NCBI GenBank assembly: GCA_963744715.1
Contig: CAVUUR010000006.1
Coordinates: forward strand, 148,299-212,298
Reading direction: 5' to 3'
DNA from: an uncultured bacterium
Lineage (GTDB): Bacteria > Babelota > Babeliae > Babelales > JACPOV01
Length of the DNA: 64,000 nt
In this document: positions 1 through 8,952 of the stretch, in pieces
Position numbering within the stretch: position 1 is the first letter of the stretch
Layout of the letters: each line of letters opens with the position of its first letter
Position numbers and translations under genes: made by a program
The notes under the pieces: generated by a model
Database searches by the model: none
Seen by the model: only the letters and a program-made list of their open reading frames with translations
What the model was told of the DNA's origin: nothing

Positions 1-437
1 CAATAGGTGATGAAGTTATCATGACCATTGATTGGCCACGCAGATATAGATTGATGAGGTTGCATTTTGCTGCTGAATTAATTCTTGAAATTGTAACCAA
101 AAAATTTGGATTTGAAAAAATTGGTGCGCACATTGCTGAAACTAAATCGAGAATAGATTTTATAGCAAACACCAACATTACACCGCTTTTTGAAACTATA
201 GTAGCTGAATATAATGAAATCATCACAAGCAACAAGCCGATTCAAACCGGTTATTCTGATATTGAAAATCAAAGGCGTTTTTGGAAAATTGACGGCTTTG
301 CGCAAGTACCCTGCGGCGGCACTCATGTTAGATCAACCGCCGAAGTTGGATTTGTAACGCTTAAAAGAAAACATCCGGGCAAATCGATTGAAAGAATTGA
401 AATCAGACTCGTTGATGATACGGTTCCCAATGTTTAA
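1..437 (+). CDS. AlaX-like alanyl-tRNA editing protein (AlaRS/ThrRS second additional domain); 5' end lies outside the window
   Basis: Frame is open from the window edge. Translation contains MRLHFAAE (HxxxH-like) and VPCGGTHV (CxxxH) motifs typical of tRNA_SAD editing domains. TAA stop at 435-437. Confidence 0.7.
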   Translation, partial: IGDEVIMTIDWPRRYRLMRLHFAAELILEIVTKKFGFEKIGAHIAETKSRIDFIANTNITPLFETIVAEYNEIITSNKPIQTGYSDIENQRRFWKIDGFAQVPCGGTHVRSTAEVGFVTLKRKHPGKSIERIEIRLVDDTVPNV

Positions 438-494
438 TTGGTGGTCACGATTCAAACAATAATAAAAACCTAACAATATTCGGGGATATTTTTA

Positions 495-1091
495 ATGAAT
501 AAATTTTTTATGATTTCTTTTACTTCTTTTTTTATGATCATAACAGGTGCTCGTGCAATGCAACAAGACCAAAAAAAAGCATTAGTATCTGCTCTTGCAC
601 ATACCATACGTAAGGCCGATTACGCTACATTTAACGGACTTTATGCAAATAAAAATAATAGTCTTTCCGGTCCTAAAAAAATACAACTTTCTATCCTTGC
701 CTGTAGCAAATTGTTAGCCGCAGATCATGAACAATCTTTGAATAATGGAGCAATATATAAAAGTAAAATGATTAAAGGCATCTTTGGCTTAGGATTTGGT
801 TTAGCTACCGGCTATTTTGTATATAAAGGAATGTCACCAGATTTTTTTCCCAGAAATAACGCAGCCCTAGAAAATAGTTTTTCATCAGTAATACAATCAA
901 GCTATGCTACCGCAAAAATATGTTTGCAGGCTGCAGCCTGGGCGGGGCCATCAGCTCTTGTTGCCGACGGATTACTTAATGTATATCGTGGGTATAATTA
1001 CCAAAATCACTTAATAAATAATTTTTACCAATTGCAATCGATTAACAAAGACATTGGTAGATTAACTCAACCACGGGTTGGCAATCGATAA
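495..1091 (+). CDS. Secreted/membrane protein of unknown function (paralogue of 6138..6614)
   Basis: Signal peptide MNKFFMISFTSFFMIITGARA followed by MQQD. Central Gly-rich hydrophobic segment GIFGLGFGLATGYFVY. C-terminal GYNYQNHL. Same architecture and motifs as the 6138..6614 product. Confidence 0.6.
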   Translation: MNKFFMISFTSFFMIITGARAMQQDQKKALVSALAHTIRKADYATFNGLYANKNNSLSGPKKIQLSILACSKLLAADHEQSLNNGAIYKSKMIKGIFGLGFGLATGYFVYKGMSPDFFPRNNAALENSFSSVIQSSYATAKICLQAAAWAGPSALVADGLLNVYRGYNYQNHLINNFYQLQSINKDIGRLTQPRVGNR

Positions 1092-1122
1092 CGTTAAAAT
1101 AATGAGTAAAGCGACAATTGCT

Positions 1123-1857
1123 TTACTCATTATTTTTTAATCTCTTTTCCATGAAACGTTCACCGTTACTATTTTTTACTATTTCATAAAAATAATGTTG
1201 CGCATAGGTATGAATTAATTCTTTATCATGGGTGATACAAATAATAGTAATCTGATGCAACTGCGTTAATTTTGTTAAAAAATTCATCACCATCTGCGCA
1301 TTTTTTTCATCAAGCGCCGCGGTCGGCTCATCCAACAATAACAACGTAATTGGTTTTTGCAATGCCATAACAATTGCCAAAATCTGCCGTTGCCCACCAG
1401 ATAATGCTGCAACCTGGTTATTCGGCGTTATGCCAACTTCTTGCAGCATATCAGCATATTTGAACGTAGTAGACAAAGCAGTTAGCGATGGATAATAAGG
1501 CAACTGCGCTACTGATAGATTATTTGCAACAGAAAAATCAGTCGCGAGCATCGTATTATAATTTTGATGCACTAATCGACTGGTCGTTTTCAATAATAAT
1601 TGAGTATTTTTATCTGCAAGATTATAGATAACTTCATTAAGTTTTATTGATCCTTGAATATACTCTCCATCATATAATTCACCTTGCAAAATACGCAAAA
1701 AGGTTGATTTGCCTATACCATTTCTTCCCATAATAAACATGATGGCATCGGTAGTAAAATCACAGCTCAAATCCTTGAAAAATAATGTATCACCTTCGAA
1801 GGCAAACGAAACGTTCACTGAAATAGTACTCATATTATTGTTATAAACCCTGTTCAT
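1123..1857 (-). CDS. ABC transporter ATP-binding protein (COG1101-like)
   Basis: Walker A GRNGIGKST, signature LSGGQRQ, Walker B LLLLDEPTAALD, H-loop ITHD. Alternative start at 1833 (MSTISV) would remove the 17-nt overlap with the permease gene. Confidence 0.9.
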   Translation of the reverse strand: MNRVYNNNMSTISVNVSFAFEGDTLFFKDLSCDFTTDAIMFIMGRNGIGKSTFLRILQGELYDGEYIQGSIKLNEVIYNLADKNTQLLLKTTSRLVHQNYNTMLATDFSVANNLSVAQLPYYPSLTALSTTFKYADMLQEVGITPNNQVAALSGGQRQILAIVMALQKPITLLLLDEPTAALDEKNAQMVMNFLTKLTQLHQITIICITHDKELIHTYAQHYFYEIVKNSNGERFMEKRLKNNE

Positions 1858-2716
1858 ATTTTTTTCCTTTGGTAAATATTTGCGTAAGAACTAGGAGCAC
1901 AAATACTATGCATGCTTGTACCATAATAAAATAACGAGAATCAAAATGTATTTGCAAAAGCACCTGTTGCAGAATAAAGTAACTAACAATACCGAAAATC
2001 GGAATCATTATGCCATATTTAACCTTGGTAAAAGCTTTTCCTAAAATAATCATCGTAATACAGAATAAGTTAATGCCAAAGCCCATTGAGATATCGGCAA
2101 ATCCATTCACGCCGGCATTTAAAAATCCCGAAATACCTGCAAGTGAACTGCTCACAACAATGCAAGCAAATTGAACAAAATAAGAAGAGATATTATAGTG
2201 TGTAAAAAAATCGGGGTTATTGCCGTATATACTACAACTCAGACCAAGGGCAGACCTGCTAAAGCAGAAAAACATACTGGTAATTATGAGAGCAACGATT
2301 ATCAGCGTTGCTAATTGAGGATATCCCTGCACGCTCGGAATCAGCGATAAAATGCCATCCACCGTAGATAAGGAAACATGGGTACCATGTATAATCATTT
2401 GATTAATGCCGTGAAATAGTCCCAAACTAATAATACTTGCCAATAAAAATGAAATATGCGCATAGTATCTTACTATGCAGGTAACTAATCCAACAAAAGC
2501 ACCCCCTAATAGCGCCGCACTACTCGAAAAAACAAGTCCAAAAAATGGACCTAGGTTGAGTAGTAACACCAAACTTCCCATCAATCCACCAAAAACATAC
2601 GAAGATTCTATCGCCAAAAATGGCACTTTTAACACCGAAAATGCACAATAGGAACCCAATATAAGTGGCATATAGATACACACTTGTTCTAAAAAAGTAC
2701 ACAAAATATTCAGCAT
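1841..2716 (-). CDS. ABC transporter permease (COG4120-like)
   Basis: Polytopic hydrophobic protein. N-terminal LEQVCIYMPLILGSY resembles the LEQG.IY start of this permease family as I recall it. Its ATG overlaps the stop of the binding-protein gene (TAATG at 2714-2718). Confidence 0.8.
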   Translation of the reverse strand: MLNILCTFLEQVCIYMPLILGSYCAFSVLKVPFLAIESSYVFGGLMGSLVLLLNLGPFFGLVFSSSAALLGGAFVGLVTCIVRYYAHISFLLASIISLGLFHGINQMIIHGTHVSLSTVDGILSLIPSVQGYPQLATLIIVALIITSMFFCFSRSALGLSCSIYGNNPDFFTHYNISSYFVQFACIVVSSSLAGISGFLNAGVNGFADISMGFGINLFCITMIILGKAFTKVKYGIMIPIFGIVSYFILQQVLLQIHFDSRYFIMVQACIVFVLLVLTQIFTKGKKYEQGL

Positions 2717-3762
2717 TACTGTTCTCCTGCAAATAAGGTTGATTTCAATAGAAAGAGTACTGTTTGATCAAGTATAAAACGTTGAGCACTCATTTCGCTA
2801 ATATTAATTTTAACTCTAAAATCATGTATGAAATTGCTTGGAATTTCTGATGGTTGTTTATGATCTCGTAAAATATATATAGCTTTTTGTGCAGCTGCAA
2901 CACCTATTTCATATTCAAACACACCAAAGCCTAAAACAGCACCTTTATCAACTGAGTTCAGATCTGAAACATATAATGGTGTATGTTTTCTTCGTGCTAA
3001 CGCCACTAATGCTTCAATACCGGAAACAACAAGATTGTCTTTGAGAACCATAATGACCGCATCGTTATTATGCGCTGATAATAATGCATCTACTCTGGTA
3101 AACAATTCGTGGGTCGCGTAAATTTTAGTGGTAATTAATGCAATGCCAAATTTTTCGCACACGATTCTAAGTTGTTCAGTTTGCTTTTCCAAGCCTGGAG
3201 AAGGATAATAGGGAACTATCAATGTTTTAGTTGGATGCAACCTCAAGAGTACGTTAAGTTGTTGGTCAAAATCATAATGATCACTCACTACAACAACATT
3301 ATTGCCAGAATGTTCAAGACTTTCAACTAATCCAATTTCAACCGGATTTTCAGATACGGCACAACACACTACCGGAATAGAACTTTTTCGTTGAGAAAAA
3401 ACCTCCTTACAAATAAGTGATACCGGCGTTGTTATAGCGCACACCAAATCATAGTTTTTTTGTATGGTTTGATCTGCTTGTGAGCGCATCAAAATACGAT
3501 CACCGTTACCATTATAGATATCATAAGAAATAGCTACTTGTTTTGACAGTTCATCAATAAATCCCTGCTGAATTTCCTCGAGTGCCGGATGTGATACCGG
3601 AAGCAAAATAGCAACACGATAGGTTGTAGCAGAAATTGCGTCACAGGGAGCAATATCCTCATTATTAGATTTGCGCACTACATTTTTCTGATTTAAAATA
3701 AAAAATCCAAGAAGCACTCCCAGAGTGCATAATAAGGTAATTATAATGCCTATTCGTTTCAT
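2716..3762 (-). CDS. ABC transporter substrate-binding protein (ABC_sub_bind / COG2984-like)
   Basis: N-terminal anchor/signal IIITLLCTLGVLLGFFIL. VAILLPVSHPALEEIQQGF resembles the family N-terminal strand-helix. Sits in an operon with the permease and ATPase. ATGA overlap with the upstream gene at 3759-3762. Confidence 0.75.
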   Translation of the reverse strand: MKRIGIIITLLCTLGVLLGFFILNQKNVVRKSNNEDIAPCDAISATTYRVAILLPVSHPALEEIQQGFIDELSKQVAISYDIYNGNGDRILMRSQADQTIQKNYDLVCAITTPVSLICKEVFSQRKSSIPVVCCAVSENPVEIGLVESLEHSGNNVVVVSDHYDFDQQLNVLLRLHPTKTLIVPYYPSPGLEKQTEQLRIVCEKFGIALITTKIYATHELFTRVDALLSAHNNDAVIMVLKDNLVVSGIEALVALARRKHTPLYVSDLNSVDKGAVLGFGVFEYEIGVAAAQKAIYILRDHKQPSEIPSNFIHDFRVKINISEMSAQRFILDQTVLFLLKSTLFAGEQ

Positions 3763-4568
3763 ATGTGTTCCTTTAAAACTAACGTATTGTCGGTTATTTT
3801 TTCAGCATGAAAACGCTCCTTGCCCGTATCAGATTTTTTAAATGCAATACGTTTTTCATAGAGGTATTCGTACTGCAAATAATCTATTAATCGGTCATCT
3901 TCGCGAGAAGCTCTGTTATTGATGATGGTAATTGTTTCGAGCGATGAGCCCGAAATATTTTTTAATACCGGAAACTGTTTAATTAAATAGCGTATGCGTT
4001 CATCAATGCCAGAAATTTCTTGTGGCACACGCGCAAGTTGATAATCGGGAGGAATGATAAGAGTTACGTCACCCGTAAATTCAGTATCAACAATCGATTG
4101 CTCAATGATGGCAATAATCTCTTGTATGATGCGTTTGAAAAAAATTCTGCATCCATCAACAAAATGTTCACCGAGTAATTTCCGCATACCACTATAATAG
4201 ATGGGCAAATACGCGATCACCAGATGATCAACATCATGCTCTTTGCATAGTGAGAATGTTTTTTTAAAAGAATCCCGCACATAATCAATATCTAAAAAAT
4301 CAGCAAGTTTAATAGTGTGTAAAAGTTGCCTACTATTATTATTCTTTTTTATGTACTCAGTTGGATGAGGAGTACAACCAAGCAAAGCAATATGTTTGCT
4401 CTCGGAAGGAATAACAAAATAATCGCCCACGTATGCATGCACCTGTTGACGATGCATGCTAGTTGTGTACACCATTATTGCTAAAAATCCACCGATCAGT
4501 ATCGTACTCAAGGCCACAATCGGCATTACTTTATTCACAGGCCTTCTCCTTATATTGTGCATGAACAT
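3759..4568 (-). CDS. Membrane-anchored protein of unknown function (paralogue of 4531..5247)
   Basis: Long ORF. Likely start is MFMHNIRRRPVNK (4568) or MPIVALS (4526), followed by a TM segment. Shares HLVIAYLPIYYSGMRKL ... DVTLIIPP with YLVHMFMPSYCADMRHL ... DIRIVIPK in the upstream ORF. Confidence 0.55.
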   Translation of the reverse strand: MFMHNIRRRPVNKVMPIVALSTILIGGFLAIMVYTTSMHRQQVHAYVGDYFVIPSESKHIALLGCTPHPTEYIKKNNNSRQLLHTIKLADFLDIDYVRDSFKKTFSLCKEHDVDHLVIAYLPIYYSGMRKLLGEHFVDGCRIFFKRIIQEIIAIIEQSIVDTEFTGDVTLIIPPDYQLARVPQEISGIDERIRYLIKQFPVLKNISGSSLETITIINNRASREDDRLIDYLQYEYLYEKRIAFKKSDTGKERFHAEKITDNTLVLKEHI

Positions 4569-5247
4569 GATCAACAAGGTGCTGGTTGAATAGCGGAGAA
4601 GTTTGATAGGTATAGGTACTATCAGGCTGCACAATGTACGGATTGAATTTTTTAGTCGGATACCCTTTGCTATTGGTAATGGGTAAACTCGCCCCCGTTG
4701 CCTGAATCCCTTTTTCCTGCAAGGCAAGAATCATCGGCTTTAAATCATCAGCATCTTGATCCATAAGTATATAATTATGGCTAGAATCTAACTGCTGCGT
4801 TAATTCTTTATGCAGTACATCAATATTAGCACTCAGTTTGCTCGGTGGATTATCCTGCTCAATCATATTCGTAAAATATTCTAATTTTGGAATAACAATA
4901 CGAATATCTAAAGGATAATTTTTAGCCTGTTCTTCATATAATCGCTTGTAAAACAATGCCGATTCTTTAAGAAATGTATGAAAAACCGATGGTTGCAGGG
5001 TATCTTTTAGATGGCGCATATCAGCACAATAACTTGGCATAAACATATGTACAAGATATCTTGATTGGTTATCTACAGTATTTTCTGTTTTTTGATCCGC
5101 TGTTTTGAGCAGAATGCGTACATTTTCTTGAAGTGTTGTATAATCAAAACCGGCATCAAAAAAAAGTTTAAATAGTGCCGGATTGGAAGAATCACCAATA
5201 TATTCGTTAAATTTTTGTAAGCCAGGGACAACTTTCAAGCGATGCAA
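4531..5247 (-). CDS. Protein of unknown function; probably the C-terminal part of a gene split from 5207..5560
   Basis: ORF begins only with TTG, has no signal peptide, and has no ATG for about 70 codons. It overlaps the upstream signal-peptide ORF by 41 nt in another frame. Paralogous to 3759..4568. Confidence 0.5.
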   Translation of the reverse strand: MHRLKVVPGLQKFNEYIGDSSNPALFKLFFDAGFDYTTLQENVRILLKTADQKTENTVDNQSRYLVHMFMPSYCADMRHLKDTLQPSVFHTFLKESALFYKRLYEEQAKNYPLDIRIVIPKLEYFTNMIEQDNPPSKLSANIDVLHKELTQQLDSSHNYILMDQDADDLKPMILALQEKGIQATGASLPITNSKGYPTKKFNPYIVQPDSTYTYQTSPLFNQHLVDHVHAQYKEKACE

Positions 5248-5560
5248 TATGAGTTTTTACACGCTTTTCTACACCCTTAAGTACTTTATTAATATTATTG
5301 GCCGTAATAGGCTTATTGCTATGATCTGCAAGTTTTTGACAATGTTCTTGCAAACAATGCATATACTGCTCAAAAGCAGAAAAACGTGGCGTTGCACCAA
5401 AAACAGAAATGCTCGATGGTCTATTGCCAATGGATGTGCCAATTGATACATCTTCATTATGATCAATAATAGTTAGTTTTGCTTCTAATCCACTATCCAT
5501 CGCGCTGAGATTGCCACTAAAAAAAGGTATTAAACAAATTAAAAACAATATCTTATTCAT
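5207..5560 (-). CDS. Signal-peptide ORF; probable N-terminal part of the 4531..5247 gene
   Basis: MNKILFLICLIPFFSGNLSA followed by MDSG. The ORF ends inside the start of the next ORF in a different frame. Confidence 0.5.
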   Translation of the reverse strand: MNKILFLICLIPFFSGNLSAMDSGLEAKLTIIDHNEDVSIGTSIGNRPSSISVFGATPRFSAFEQYMHCLQEHCQKLADHSNKPITANNINKVLKGVEKRVKTHIASLESCPWLTKI

Positions 5561-5599
5561 GATTATCCTTGCTAAAATTGTCTGAATTACTGATTTTTT

Positions 5600-5860
5600 G
5601 CATCAGTATTACTAGGTGAGTGCTAAAACAACACAAACTCAGATCAATTACATAAATACATTATTCAAAAGTATTAAAAAACAGCTATGTAAAATAAAAA
5701 AAATGGTGTTAGGCGCAAGGCCAGCAAGAATTTTCCCACAAAGCTGGGATCAGAGAGGCGCAACGGGTTGTTGCCATAGATAGAGAAAAAGTAAAGACTG
5801 GCTTAGGAGCATGCCGATCTTTCATATAATACCTATTTTCCATAGGGTTCTCCTCAAGAA
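5600..5860 (+). ncRNA. Candidate structured RNA (RNase P RNA-like motifs; identity unresolved)
   Basis: GC-rich island in a 577-nt AT-rich spacer. Ordered matches to bacterial RNase P RNA conserved segments as I recall them: AGTGCTAAAACAACACAAAC (5619-5638), GGCGCAAGGCCAGCAAG (5712-5728), ATAGATAGAGA (5776-5786), AAAGACTGGCTTAGG (5793-5807). No GAGGAAAGTCC was found. Confidence 0.3.
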
Positions 5861-6137
5861 AACTAAAAACTACTAATTCTATGAAACCATACATTTTCTT
5901 ATTTGTCAACTGTAATTAAAAAAGGAGCGTAATACAAACAATGTTACTAACTTTGAACCTACCCGTAATAACCGATAAAATCTTATCGCAAAATACATTT
6001 TTTCTACTTATTTTCATAATCACGCAATTATTGTAAAAAAAAGCGCAAAGATAATAATAGAAATGGTAATATGCATCATTAATGATAGTATTTTCATGAT
6101 AAAAACAATAATAACTAATAATTTTCAAGGATGTTTT

Positions 6138-6614
6138 ATGAATAAATTGTTTATGATTTTTATTGTCCTTGCTTTCGCGATGACAACAAGTATTAATGCC
6201 ACGCAAGAAGAAAAATCACTTGCTCCTTTTATGATGCAAGCGATCAATAAGCGCGACTATTCTAACTTTCACGGACTTTATACGGGTGCACAAAATTTTA
6301 ATACTTACAAAAAAAAACTTTCTGATTTTTCTCAAGCTAAATTAGATATAGCACAACAAAAAATGAATATAAATCAAGGAGCTATCAATCCAGAAAAAAT
6401 GCTTAAAGGGTTCTGGTTTGTAGGAATGGGTTTAGCTATTAGTCATCTTGTATTATCTAAAGAAACAGATATTGCAGTTGCGTGCGGAGCTGCTACCCTT
6501 CTTACGTTCGGAGTACATGATTTGGTTGATGGCTACTATTACCAAGAGTATTTAAAGTATCAGTATGAACAAGCAAAACAATTGCATGATCAAGCATTTG
6601 CTACACAGAATTAA
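6138..6614 (+). CDS. Secreted/membrane protein of unknown function (paralogue of 495..1091)
   Basis: ATG at 6138 is preceded by CAAGGA. Signal peptide MNKLFMIFIVLAFAMTTSINA. Hydrophobic GFWFVGMGLAISHLVL. C-terminal GYYYQEYL. Collinear similarity to 495..1091. Confidence 0.6.
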   Translation: MNKLFMIFIVLAFAMTTSINATQEEKSLAPFMMQAINKRDYSNFHGLYTGAQNFNTYKKKLSDFSQAKLDIAQQKMNINQGAINPEKMLKGFWFVGMGLAISHLVLSKETDIAVACGAATLLTFGVHDLVDGYYYQEYLKYQYEQAKQLHDQAFATQN

Positions 6615-6628
6615 TTTGTCTAGTTAAG

Positions 6629-7723
6629 TTATTGGACTCGTCGCACCTCCCTCAATAATTTTTCAAATAATTCGTCTGAAGATTTTTTGACATAATAGCT
6701 AATTATTTTGTCCATAACAATCATACCTGCTAATGCATATGCAGTATAATATACATGCTGAATATAAGAAGCAAATTTAAAGAAAGCATAGCCAAGTGGA
6801 TTGTTATACCTGCATTCCGCCTCTTTTATTTTTCTAATAACAGTAGCCCTTTTCAATCTTTTTGCTGACGATGAATGTTTTTCTCTATCGCTTTCTCCAA
6901 ACATTTTTGCTGCTTCTTCATGATCTTGCGCTGTTAATAGTGATGCATATGCCAATGGCATAAGATCGGCTTCTGTTTCTACACTTCTTGATAGTTTGTT
7001 ACTTTGTTTTTCGGTTATTTCAATAGGCTTAAGGCAAAAACTTTTTCTGTTATTATTAATTAGATGATGATACATTTCAACCGACCCATGATTTTTTTTG
7101 ATGTGTTCAAATTCATGTCGCAAGGTGGCAAGCCCCATTTTTTTGCAAGAACACCGTGAAGATTGAGAAACTACACATTCAGCACACCAACCACGGAAAT
7201 TTATTACACTATTGAGGTAAAGATAAAAGTTATCTTTGAATAAGTAATCTTCAATGTTCGCACTATCAATACGTTTAAAACGCTTCATTATTGATGAGCA
7301 AGTTCCTTCACCCCATATCATTTCAACGTTTATAGTACCACGCACGTCCATTTCATTAACTACTTGTTTAATCATTTTTCTTAAATACGTTGGAACATCA
7401 TCCTTATAATTAATAATGGAAAGCCACTGCCCATAAATTCTTTTTATATATTGCTGTTCATTGTTTAATTGCTCAAGTTCATGCTTACCATATATAGCCG
7501 CTAAAGCTTTTTTCTTTTTTTGCTCAACAAATTCTTCTACGCATTCACCAGGCGCAATCCCTGCTTTTTTGACTTTTCTAACGAATGTATAAAATGTTTT
7601 ATCAGAATCACTTTGCTTTAATTGTTTAAAATAATTCACATATTTTTGTGGAACTAATTGAGCCGATACGCATCCACCGTTACTCATTAAAATACATACA
7701 ATATATTTAAATTTACTCATCAT
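6629..7723 (-). CDS. Secreted Cys-rich protein with HExxH motif (putative zinc metalloprotease, M48-like spacing)
   Basis: N-terminal hydrophobic signal MMSKFKYIVCILMSNGGCVSA. LRHEFEHIKKNH gives HExxHxxxxH. Cys cluster WCAECVVSQSSRCSC lies just upstream. Confidence 0.55.
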   Translation of the reverse strand: MMSKFKYIVCILMSNGGCVSAQLVPQKYVNYFKQLKQSDSDKTFYTFVRKVKKAGIAPGECVEEFVEQKKKKALAAIYGKHELEQLNNEQQYIKRIYGQWLSIINYKDDVPTYLRKMIKQVVNEMDVRGTINVEMIWGEGTCSSIMKRFKRIDSANIEDYLFKDNFYLYLNSVINFRGWCAECVVSQSSRCSCKKMGLATLRHEFEHIKKNHGSVEMYHHLINNNRKSFCLKPIEITEKQSNKLSRSVETEADLMPLAYASLLTAQDHEEAAKMFGESDREKHSSSAKRLKRATVIRKIKEAECRYNNPLGYAFFKFASYIQHVYYTAYALAGMIVMDKIISYYVKKSSDELFEKLLREVRRVQ

Positions 7724-7913
7724 ACATCATTCTTATAGTACATGTGAGGGTTATGATATGGTGTATCTTCGTTTACATAAAATTTATGTTAAAAAACTTA
7801 TTTTTCTTGCAACTATTATATTTTTTTCACAAAATACCAAAATAATTGAAAAATTAATACCAATTATATAATGCTCAACGTAAATTTCTATACTATTTTT
7901 TAAGGAGATGTAT

Positions 7914-8711
7914 ATGTGCTGCACATCACTGATCGATGCCCTTGTTATGTTATTAGGTTTGCTTTTTATCTATTTAACCTGCATGGTTGCCGTTGTGCAA
8001 TTTAAAGGTGATACCAGTATTGCAAATTTCACCTGGGGCGGCGGGGTCATGCTCGTAGCACTTTACACTTTTTTTGTATTCAGCGCTTTTCTGCCACAAC
8101 AAATTCTCATGACTGCACTCATGGTATTGTGGGCAATGCGCCTGATTATGTATGTGTATCTACGGTACACCGGTAAAGATCCGCGCTTTGCTGCATGGAA
8201 ATGGCAAGGCTTTAAAGCACTCTGCATTAATATTTGTTGGGTTTTTGGCCAACTCATTATGATTGCCATTATGAGCTATCCGGTTTTTGCTGTGAATGGT
8301 AATAATATTCCACGTGGCATAACCATGCTTGATCTATTTGGTTTAGCCATCTGGCTCTGCGGGTATTGTTATGAAGCAATCAGCGATTATCAGCTATTTG
8401 TTTTTATGCACAATCCGGCCAATAGAGGACGTGTCATGCAATCTGGGCTTTGGCATTACTCGCGTCACCCTAATTATTTTGGTGAAATTTTAATCTGGTG
8501 GGGCGTTTTTTTCATTGCATTTGCAACACCATATATACCTCGTAGTTTATTATTCTCACTTTCTTTTCTTATTACTCCCGTCACTATAACGTGCTTGCTC
8601 GTTTTTGTTACCGGTATTCCATGGATTGAAAAAACCATGATCAATAATCCGGAATATCAACAATACAAAAGAAAAACAAGTATGTTAATTCCGTGGTTTG
8701 TAAAAAAATAA
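7914..8711 (+). CDS. DUF1295 / steroid 5-alpha-reductase-like membrane protein
   Basis: Polytopic protein. GLWHYSRHPNYFGEILIWWG is the family's C-terminal signature. AAGGAG at 7902-7907 favours the ATG at 7914 over the one at 7908. Confidence 0.8.
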   Translation: MCCTSLIDALVMLLGLLFIYLTCMVAVVQFKGDTSIANFTWGGGVMLVALYTFFVFSAFLPQQILMTALMVLWAMRLIMYVYLRYTGKDPRFAAWKWQGFKALCINICWVFGQLIMIAIMSYPVFAVNGNNIPRGITMLDLFGLAIWLCGYCYEAISDYQLFVFMHNPANRGRVMQSGLWHYSRHPNYFGEILIWWGVFFIAFATPYIPRSLLFSLSFLITPVTITCLLVFVTGIPWIEKTMINNPEYQQYKRKTSMLIPWFVKK

Positions 8712-8730
8712 TATGCGAAGGAAATGTAAT

Positions 8731-8949
8731 ATGGCAGAAGATTTTAAGGTAGGCGATCATGTCGAGTGGAATTCTGAAGTCGGGCGTGTTCGCGGAACCA
8801 TACAAAAAAAAATTACGCAAGAAATTACGTTTAAAGGATATACGGTTCATGCATCACAAGAAGAACCGCAGTATTTAATCAAAAGCGATACTACTGATCA
8901 TCTTGCTATGCATAAAGGATCGGCTCTTAAAAAAATAACAAAAAAATAA
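8731..8949 (+). CDS. DUF2945 (HVA1-like) small protein
   Basis: FKVGDHVEWNSEVGRVRGTI ... KGYTVHASQEEPQYLIKSDTTDHLAMHKGSAL matches the DUF2945 pattern as I recall it. GAAGGAAA lies upstream of the ATG at 8731. Confidence 0.7.
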   Translation: MAEDFKVGDHVEWNSEVGRVRGTIQKKITQEITFKGYTVHASQEEPQYLIKSDTTDHLAMHKGSALKKITKK

Positions 8950-8952
8950 TTG

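Noticed and set aside
5700-5860. Interpretation of the GC-rich island as tmRNA, SRP RNA or a TPP/cobalamin/guanidine riboswitch
   Set aside because: Local strings resemble E. coli tmRNA (GGGATCAGAGAGG, GTAAAGACTGGCTTAG). However, there is no tRNA-like 5' GGGG...TTCGAC or 3' T-arm/CCA end. There is no SRP GGAA/AGCA domain IV. CTGATC...GGGAA occurs without the CTGAGA/ACCC partners of a TPP riboswitch. The ykkC-like CATAGGGTTC is in the wrong order.
5709-6206. Minus-strand ORFs 5709..5909 and 5916..6206 in the large spacer
   Set aside because: They have no RBS and odd composition (Cys/Tyr/Phe runs). The first overlaps the GC-rich island, which is better explained as structured RNA. The second overlaps the promoter and start of the 6138 gene.
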